Shown: in pieces, positions 58,466-64,000 of the stretch
Numbering within the stretch: position 1 is the stretch's first letter
Layout: every line of letters begins with the position of its first letter
Assembly (NCBI GenBank): GCA_028283955.1
Contig: JANQSP010000012.1
Span: forward strand, 4,579 to 68,578
Source of the DNA: Bdellovibrionales bacterium
GTDB taxonomy: Bacteria; Bdellovibrionota; Bdellovibrionia; Bdellovibrionales; UBA1609
DNA: 64,000 nt
Reading direction: 5' to 3'
Notes under the pieces: model-generated
The model's input: the letters and a program-made list of their open reading frames with translations, nothing else
What the model was told of the DNA's origin: nothing
Database searches by the model: none
Made by a program: the position numbers and the translations under genes

Positions 58466-59834
58466 ACATTCTTAACTTTTGAAGATTCTTGTTTAAATCA
58501 TCATTATCTTTTTGTTGCTTTATTTTTTTTAAGCTATTGAGAATAGTGCTGTGGCTTCTGTTTCCAAAAACCAAGCCGATTTCTGACAAAGAAAGTTTTA
58601 AGTCCTCTCTGGCTACATATATAGCCAGGTCTCTAGCTTGAACAAGAAGCCTTGATCGGGATTTGGATTTTAAATCAGAGACTTTGATGTTGAATAAAGA
58701 ACAGACACCTCTTTGGAGAGTTTTAACGTTGTTCTTGGAGGAGGGGTGTGTTTTAAAAGAAGAAAAAGGGGAGCTTGGCTTTTCAGTTTCTTTGGAGAAA
58801 AGTTCTTGAGCCAGAGACAGGCTGAGGGGCCTGCTTTGTAGTTCACAAAACATTTTTAGTTTGTTTAAATGGCCTTCTATTTCTCGGATGGAGCAGGAGG
58901 GGGTGTTGGCAATGCAGCTGATAATCTCGCTTGAGAGTTTAAGGTGTCTTCTTCGGGCTTTGTCTCTGATAATGGCTATTTTTGTGTCCTTGTCCGGGGA
59001 TTGAATATCAGCTATGACTCCTCCAGCAAACCGTGTTCTTACTCTTTCTTTTAAACCTTTTATATCTTTGGGCTTTTGGTCACTGGCCAGAACAATTTGG
59101 CAGTTTCCTTGTTTTAGGCTTTCAAATGTGTGGAAGAACTCTTCCTGTATGCTTTCTCCTTTTCCAAGGATTTGGATATCGTCTAAAAGCAAGACATGTA
59201 TATTTTTTCTGTATTTTTGTCGAAAGGCGGGCATGTCGTTTCTACGAATGTGATTGATACAATCGTTAAAAAAGCGCTCGGCAGGGAGGTAACAAACTTT
59301 TAAGTGAGGTTTTTCTTTTTCTAAAGCGTTGCCTATTGCGTGTAAGAGGTGGGTTTTTCCCATACCGGAGGGGCCATAGATAAATAAGGGGTTGGAATTG
59401 TTTTTTAAGGGCTGAAGGGTGATGCTTTTGGCAAGAGAGAGCGCAAAACAATTGTTTGGCCCTTGAACAAAAGAGGAAAAGGTCCAATTAGAGAAAAAAG
59501 AACTGGGCTTTTGGGAGGAGGAGGTTTTGGGTTTAGAGGAATAAAAAGCCTTCACAGAGGGAATAGGGAGGGTTTTGCAAGGGGCTTTTTCTATGTTGAT
59601 TGTTTTGTACGAGGCACCACAGAGCTTCATCTGTGTTTGAATATTTTCTAAATGGCTTTTTAGAATGTTTTGATGAAAAGAGGAAGGGACTTTTATTGTC
59701 AGGTGTTTTTGTCCTTGAGAGAAAAAGGTCTCTATTGTGGCCGTGTTAAGGACGGAAAGAAGAAGCTTTCCCTGTAGGCTTTCCTGCAGGCTCTTTTTTA
59801 CATGACTCCAAAGCTGTTGCTCAGACAAAGGCAC
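58437..59834 (-). CDS. dnaA: Chromosomal replication initiator protein DnaA
   Basis: GPSGMGKTHLLHAIGN (Walker A) and a C-terminal DNA-binding domain (LSLSEIGLVFGNRSHSTILNSLKKI). Confidence 0.97.
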   Translation of the reverse strand: MPLSEQQLWSHVKKSLQESLQGKLLLSVLNTATIETFFSQGQKHLTIKVPSSFHQNILKSHLENIQTQMKLCGASYKTINIEKAPCKTLPIPSVKAFYSSKPKTSSSQKPSSFFSNWTFSSFVQGPNNCFALSLAKSITLQPLKNNSNPLFIYGPSGMGKTHLLHAIGNALEKEKPHLKVCYLPAERFFNDCINHIRRNDMPAFRQKYRKNIHVLLLDDIQILGKGESIQEEFFHTFESLKQGNCQIVLASDQKPKDIKGLKERVRTRFAGGVIADIQSPDKDTKIAIIRDKARRRHLKLSSEIISCIANTPSCSIREIEGHLNKLKMFCELQSRPLSLSLAQELFSKETEKPSSPFSSFKTHPSSKNNVKTLQRGVCSLFNIKVSDLKSKSRSRLLVQARDLAIYVAREDLKLSLSEIGLVFGNRSHSTILNSLKKIKQQKDNDDLNKNLQKLRMFINKKVAFC

Positions 59835-59986
59835 CTCCGAAAAGCAAAAATATTTAGGGCGGGAAGAGGCTTATGTATCACAGCCCCTGTCTTGACGGGA
59901 AGAGATAAAATGTGCTTTTATTGTGCGTCAAATGATGTAAGATTAATTGTCATAATGAGCAAATCTTTGAAGGTGAGTGGGGCACG

Positions 59987-60136
59987 ATGAAGAGGACATA
60001 TCAACCGAGCAGAAAAAAAAGAAGTCATTCACACGGTTTCCGGGCACGGATGGCAGAAAAAAGTGGTCAGGAAGTTTTGAAAAGGAGAAGACGAAAAGGC
60101 CGAAAACAACTCTGTGTTTCTATAGGCAGCAAGTAA
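59987..60136 (+). CDS. rpmH: 50S ribosomal protein L34
   Basis: Below the track cutoff. My translation is [49 protein letters not shown] (49 aa), which matches the L34 consensus. Divergent from dnaA. Confidence 0.9.
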   Translation: MKRTYQPSRKKRSHSHGFRARMAEKSGQEVLKRRRRKGRKQLCVSIGSK

Positions 60137-60270
60137 GTCTATCGAAAGGTGCTAAAAACAACCCTGATGTCATTTTCAATTTAGGAGCTTTAATCGGCAT
60201 CGCAAAGCGCCATTGCCGTTTTCTCATTTTAGCGGGAGCCGGCAGCTTTTTGTTTTTACATTAGAAAGTT

Positions 60271-60621
60271 ATGAAAAAGGAAGAAAAGAGGAAAGTTGTC
60301 TTTATAAAACGGAAGAGAGACTTTGTTTTGCTTAGAAAAAGGGGAAAACGTGAAGGAGATCGGGACTTTTTCATAGTTTATAGGGTAAACGGGCTTTCTT
60401 ATAGTCGTTTTGCTTTGTTTTTCCCAAAATGGACGGGAAAAGCGGTTCAAAGAAATCTTTTTAAGAGGTGGTCACGTCATTTTATACGGGAGAGAGCTTG
60501 GCCTGTTCATTTGGATTTGTTGCTGGGGTTTGAAAAAAGAGAAAAAGCCTTCTATAAAACGATGAACTATAAAAAGTTTTTTTCCGGTTTTGAAAATGTT
60601 TGTCGACGTATAAAGTACTGA
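60271..60621 (+). CDS. rnpA: Ribonuclease P protein component
   Basis: 116 aa, basic, with an AVQRNLFKRWSRHFIRE (RNR-type) motif. Downstream of rpmH. Confidence 0.85.
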   Translation: MKKEEKRKVVFIKRKRDFVLLRKRGKREGDRDFFIVYRVNGLSYSRFALFFPKWTGKAVQRNLFKRWSRHFIRERAWPVHLDLLLGFEKREKAFYKTMNYKKFFSGFENVCRRIKY

Positions 60622-60633
60622 AAGTCAGGTGAA

Positions 60634-60897
60634 GTGTATTTGTTATCCCTTTTTTTTCTTTTCTTTATAAAGTTTTACAGAGTTTTTTTATCCGCTCACT
60701 TTGGAGGGGCTTGTCGCTTTCATCCGACTTGTTCTTGTTACGCGGAAAAGGTTTTATTATCTCACCCACCTGTTGGAGCTGTTCTTTTGATTTTAAAAAG
60801 ATTGTCCAAATGTCACTTTTTTGGTTCTTTTGGATTGGATCCACCTCCCACTCTTTCGCATGAAGCGGATGGGCGGTCTTTAGAGCCTTCATCTTAA
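60634..60897 (+). CDS. yidD: Membrane protein insertion efficiency factor YidD
   Basis: FYRVFLSAHFGGACRFHPTCSCYAEK. GTG start. Confidence 0.85.
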   Translation: MYLLSLFFLFFIKFYRVFLSAHFGGACRFHPTCSCYAEKVLLSHPPVGAVLLILKRLSKCHFFGSFGLDPPPTLSHEADGRSLEPSS

Positions 60898-60908
60898 AGG
60901 AATTTTTT

Positions 60909-62585
60909 ATGAAAGAAAAAGAACATTTTTTGGATAAAAATACTTTATTTGCTGTTGCTTTGGTTTTTGTCGGGTGGTTTGCGTGGGATGCTTATATGAA
61001 AAAGAAGTATCCTCCAAAGAAAAACCCTCCTGTTGCTTTACAGGAAGAAAGCGGTGAAAAGGCTTTACGAGGGTCGGCTCGTCCATCGGTAAAAGAGGGA
61101 GCTATTGATGAAACAGGGAGGAGCCATCAAGAGGAGACCCCTTCTCAACAGAAATCAAAAGAACAGATTTTTTCTTTTCAAAGTGGGCGCCTGTCTTTTG
61201 ATATTTCTTCTAATGGAATGGGCTTTAAAAGGGTGGTCTTAAGCAATATTTTGGATCGGGAGGAGGAGGCCGTTTGGTTATTCTCGGAAGGGGATCCTCT
61301 GCCTTTTGAGACCCGCTTGAATTTGCCAAGGCCGAGGTCTTTGTACTTTGATATTAAAAAAACCTCTGAGTCTTCGTGGGAAGGAAAAGCATTTTGGAAT
61401 GATGTGAAGGTGGAAAAAGCTTTATTCGTGAACCCGGAGCTTTTCTTAGTGAATGTACAAATAAAGGTGAGCGGGAATTTGGAAAGGGCTTCTGGTATCA
61501 GAACCTTTTTGGTTCAGACAGATAAAGAAGAAAATCAGGAACGAGGCTGGTTCTCCTTTTTTATCCCACCGGACTTTCTCTCTTTTTTCGTGTTTTCTCC
61601 TCGTGGTTTTGAGCAAATTCCCCTGATGTCTAAGGAGGAGTCACAGGTTCAAAAAATTCAGTCTCACCCCCCTTTCTTGTCAGTAAAAGCGGCGGCGGTG
61701 GGAACTAAGTATTTTGGTCAGGCTTGGATGGAAGAGAAGTCTGATGTTTTGCCAAAAATGCAAGTGACCTTTGAAAAAGGGTCTTACTTGGGTTTGATAG
61801 ATCATTCTATTTTGAACTCTCAGAAAGAGTTCGATGTTTCTTATAAAATATTTTTGGGTCCAAAGGATTTCTCGCTTCTGAAAAAAGAGTATCCGGAGTT
61901 GATTCGTTGGGTGGACTTCGGGTGGTTTGGCTCTTTGTCCCGTTTTATCCTTCAGATTTTGCAGTTTTTTTATTCTCTGGTGAAGAACTGGGGTCTTTCT
62001 ATTATTTTACTCACTCTTTTTGTTCGCCTGTTGTTATTACCTTTTGTGCTTTCTTCTCATCGTTCTATGGAGGGGATGAAAAAAGTACAACCTGAGTTGC
62101 AAAAAGTGAGGGAGAAATTTAAGAAAGACCCGCAGAGGATGAATCAGGAAGTAATGGCTGTAATGAAAAGCCATCGTGTAAATCCTTTGGGAGGTTGTTT
62201 GCCTCTTTTGTTGCAACTACCTGTTTTTTGGGCCCTTTGGAAAGCTCTTTCCAATAGTTATTCTCTTTACAGGGCTCCTTTTGTTTTCTGGATCCAGGAT
62301 CTGAGCTGGAAAGACCCTTATTATGTTTTACCTGTTTTAATGGGCTTTTTTATGTTTGTTCAACAGAAAATATCTCCTGTGGCTATGAATAAGGAAATGG
62401 CTAAGGTTATGCAGATTATGCCTGTTTTTATGGTTGTTTTTATGATAAACCTTCCCAGTGGCTTGGTTTTGTATATGTTAGTCAGTACGTTGTTTGGCCT
62501 TGCTCAGCAATTCTATTTAAATAAAAAAGGTGGATCTGTTTCCGTGTCTCCTGCGTTGCCGGAGGGCATGGGAAGTAAAAAATGA
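60909..62585 (+). CDS. yidC: Membrane protein insertase YidC
   Basis: 558 aa with an N-terminal TM segment, a large periplasmic domain and a conserved C-terminal 5-TM core (...NPLGGCLPLLLQLPVFWALW...). Confidence 0.95.
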   Translation: MKEKEHFLDKNTLFAVALVFVGWFAWDAYMKKKYPPKKNPPVALQEESGEKALRGSARPSVKEGAIDETGRSHQEETPSQQKSKEQIFSFQSGRLSFDISSNGMGFKRVVLSNILDREEEAVWLFSEGDPLPFETRLNLPRPRSLYFDIKKTSESSWEGKAFWNDVKVEKALFVNPELFLVNVQIKVSGNLERASGIRTFLVQTDKEENQERGWFSFFIPPDFLSFFVFSPRGFEQIPLMSKEESQVQKIQSHPPFLSVKAAAVGTKYFGQAWMEEKSDVLPKMQVTFEKGSYLGLIDHSILNSQKEFDVSYKIFLGPKDFSLLKKEYPELIRWVDFGWFGSLSRFILQILQFFYSLVKNWGLSIILLTLFVRLLLLPFVLSSHRSMEGMKKVQPELQKVREKFKKDPQRMNQEVMAVMKSHRVNPLGGCLPLLLQLPVFWALWKALSNSYSLYRAPFVFWIQDLSWKDPYYVLPVLMGFFMFVQQKISPVAMNKEMAKVMQIMPVFMVVFMINLPSGLVLYMLVSTLFGLAQQFYLNKKGGSVSVSPALPEGMGSKK

Positions 62586-62606
62586 GAAAATGAAAGGAAT
62601 AAGGAG

Positions 62607-63107
62607 ATGTTTAAAAAGCTATTTAAGGGAAAGGAAAAAAAACCTTCTGTTTTGGTGGAGCAAATTTTACAAGACTTATTGGAAAAAGGAGGTTTTTTAC
62701 TTTCTGTGGAAATTAGAGAAATAAATGGGGAGGAGATTTTTGTTGATATCTTTGGAGAGGATGAAGGGCTGCTAAAAACGAAGGAAGGTCGTTTGCTTTT
62801 GGCTCTGCAAACTTATTTAAATCGTGTGGTGCAACATCATTTTTTTGGTCAAAGTGTTTTTGTACGTTTGGATTCAGGAAACTTCTTTGAAGAAAAAGAG
62901 CAACGACTCTTGGATCTCGCTGATAAACTAAAACAGAAAGCTTTGTCTACAGGCCGCCCGGTGTATATTAAAAAAGCTCTTTCTCCTTTTCAAAGGAGAA
63001 AAGTACATCAGTTTTTAACGGAAGATGGAGAGGTGAGAACCTCTTCGGTGGGAGAGGGCTTCTATAAGAATATTTGTATTACTCCCTCCAGTGGAAATCA
63101 GCCTTAA
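62607..63107 (+). CDS. jag: Jag/KhpB RNA-binding protein (KH and R3H domains)
   Basis: C-terminal R3H motif (LSPFQRRKVHQFL). Position is after yidC. Confidence 0.8.
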   Translation: MFKKLFKGKEKKPSVLVEQILQDLLEKGGFLLSVEIREINGEEIFVDIFGEDEGLLKTKEGRLLLALQTYLNRVVQHHFFGQSVFVRLDSGNFFEEKEQRLLDLADKLKQKALSTGRPVYIKKALSPFQRRKVHQFLTEDGEVRTSSVGEGFYKNICITPSSGNQP

Positions 63108-63125
63108 GTTGATAGTGTTGTGTAG

Positions 63126-64000
63126 ATGGGGGAGAAAATTTACAAAAAAAACCCGGGTCGCACAGACTTCTTTTATGAAAGACCTCAAGATAAAGATGTG
63201 GTTTGTGCTTTGGCCACTCCTCCTGGGCAGGGGGCTGTGGCTCTTGTTCGGCTTAGCGGGAAAGGGGCTTTTGAAATAAGCCGTAAATGTTGTCCTTTCT
63301 TACCTGCCAAAATTAAGTCACATCATATTTACTTTGGTACCTTTAAGCATCCTGAAAGCAAGGATATGTTGGATGAGGTTTTGGTTTTTTGTTTTGAAGA
63401 GGGGCGTTCTTTTACAGGCGAGGAGAGTGTAGAAATCAGTTGTCATGGAGGGGCTTATCTTTCTTCTGTTATCCTGGAAGCTTTAGTGTCGGCGGGAGCA
63501 CGGATGGCGGAAAGGGGGGAGTTTAGTTATCGTTCTTTTATGAGGGGGAGGATGGATCTTTTACAGGCGGAAAGTGTTTTGGAACTGATACAAAGCCGCT
63601 CTCCTAAAGCGCATACGCAGGCGATGAGGGGATTAAAAGGGGTTTTATCTGCCGAGTTGGGCCTGTTGGAGAAAAGTCTCTTGAAACTTCTGTCCCACCT
63701 AGAGGCCAGTATTGATTTTAGCGATCAGGAAATAGAGCCTTTTTCACTAGAACAACAGAGAGGCTTTTTAGAGGAAATTCAGCAGAGAGTGGCAAAGATA
63801 GTAAAGGGCTTTCAGCAGGGGCGTATAAACCGCGAAGGTTTTTCTGTTATTTTACTCGGAGCCCCTAACGCTGGTAAGTCCTCTTTATTTAACTATTTAA
63901 TTCAGGAAGATAGGGCTATTGTAACGGAACATCCCGGTACCACTCGTGATATTTTATCTGCTCGTTTACTGTTTAATCAAAGGGAGTTTTGTTTAAAGGA
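63126..64000 (+). CDS. mnmE: tRNA modification GTPase MnmE (TrmE), N-terminal ~291 codons; the 3' end runs off the window
   Basis: Not in the track because it is open-ended. My translation is MGEKIYKK...VCALATPPGQGAVALVRLSG...SFTGEESVEISCHGG...GAPNAGKSSLFN (G1 motif)...TTRD. Confidence 0.9.
   Translation, partial: MGEKIYKKNPGRTDFFYERPQDKDVVCALATPPGQGAVALVRLSGKGAFEISRKCCPFLPAKIKSHHIYFGTFKHPESKDMLDEVLVFCFEEGRSFTGEESVEISCHGGAYLSSVILEALVSAGARMAERGEFSYRSFMRGRMDLLQAESVLELIQSRSPKAHTQAMRGLKGVLSAELGLLEKSLLKLLSHLEASIDFSDQEIEPFSLEQQRGFLEEIQQRVAKIVKGFQQGRINREGFSVILLGAPNAGKSSLFNYLIQEDRAIVTEHPGTTRDILSARLLFNQREFCLK

Noticed and set aside
59977-60264. 95-aa track ORF covering the rpmH region
   Set aside because: It is the wrong frame. 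The 49-aa frame starting at 59987 gives a textbook L34 sequence.

Overview
Visibly AT-rich window (about 40% G+C by eye, not computed). It is origin-proximal and gene-dense, with gene content and synteny that fit a Bdellovibrio-like predatory bacterium (Bdellovibrionota); no database search was possible. Right end (50.9-64 kb): the classical origin neighbourhood. gyrA-gyrB-recF-dnaN-dnaA lie on the minus strand, diverging from rpmH-rnpA-yidD-yidC-jag-mnmE on the plus strand. A candidate oriC (clustered TTATCAACA-type DnaA boxes, a TAG-triplet run and AT-rich DNA) sits in the dnaN-dnaA spacer. Middle (14.7-50.9 kb): housekeeping genes. These are nadE, a DnaQ-like exonuclease, rodZ, a pilF-like TPR lipoprotein, ndk, sucDC, mdh, uppP, a Cys/Met PLP enzyme, tRNA-Phe, an orphan sigma-54 activator, tal, dapBA, ftsK, dnaB, rpsF-rplI, an FHA protein, sdhCAB, etfBA, three tandem parvulin/SurA paralogues, pdxA, a phosphohexomutase and a split atpZ-atpB-atpE module. 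Left end (2.8-14.6 kb): a complete Tad/Flp (type IVb) pilus cluster. In minus-strand order it holds flp, a small membrane protein, a prepilin peptidase, three pilin/TadE-like genes, cpaB, a secretin, a fused CpaE-CpaF ATPase and a TadB/C platform gene. The operon then ends in a YD-repeat exported protein and an 82-aa secreted low-complexity protein, which is the architecture of the Bdellovibrio host-interaction (hit) locus. The most unusual items are: (1) a divergently transcribed 324-aa Flp-like prepilin with 29 consecutive Ser codons, G10 and G8 tracts and a C-terminal TM anchor; (2) a 150-codon stop-free ORF with a signal peptide but no ATG/GTG/TTG start; (3) an unannotated 32-aa polybasic peptide gene with its own SD and terminator; (4) two palindromic non-coding elements. 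I recognised no rRNA, CRISPR array, transposase or integrase. All calls rest on reading the ORF translations and the DNA by eye.
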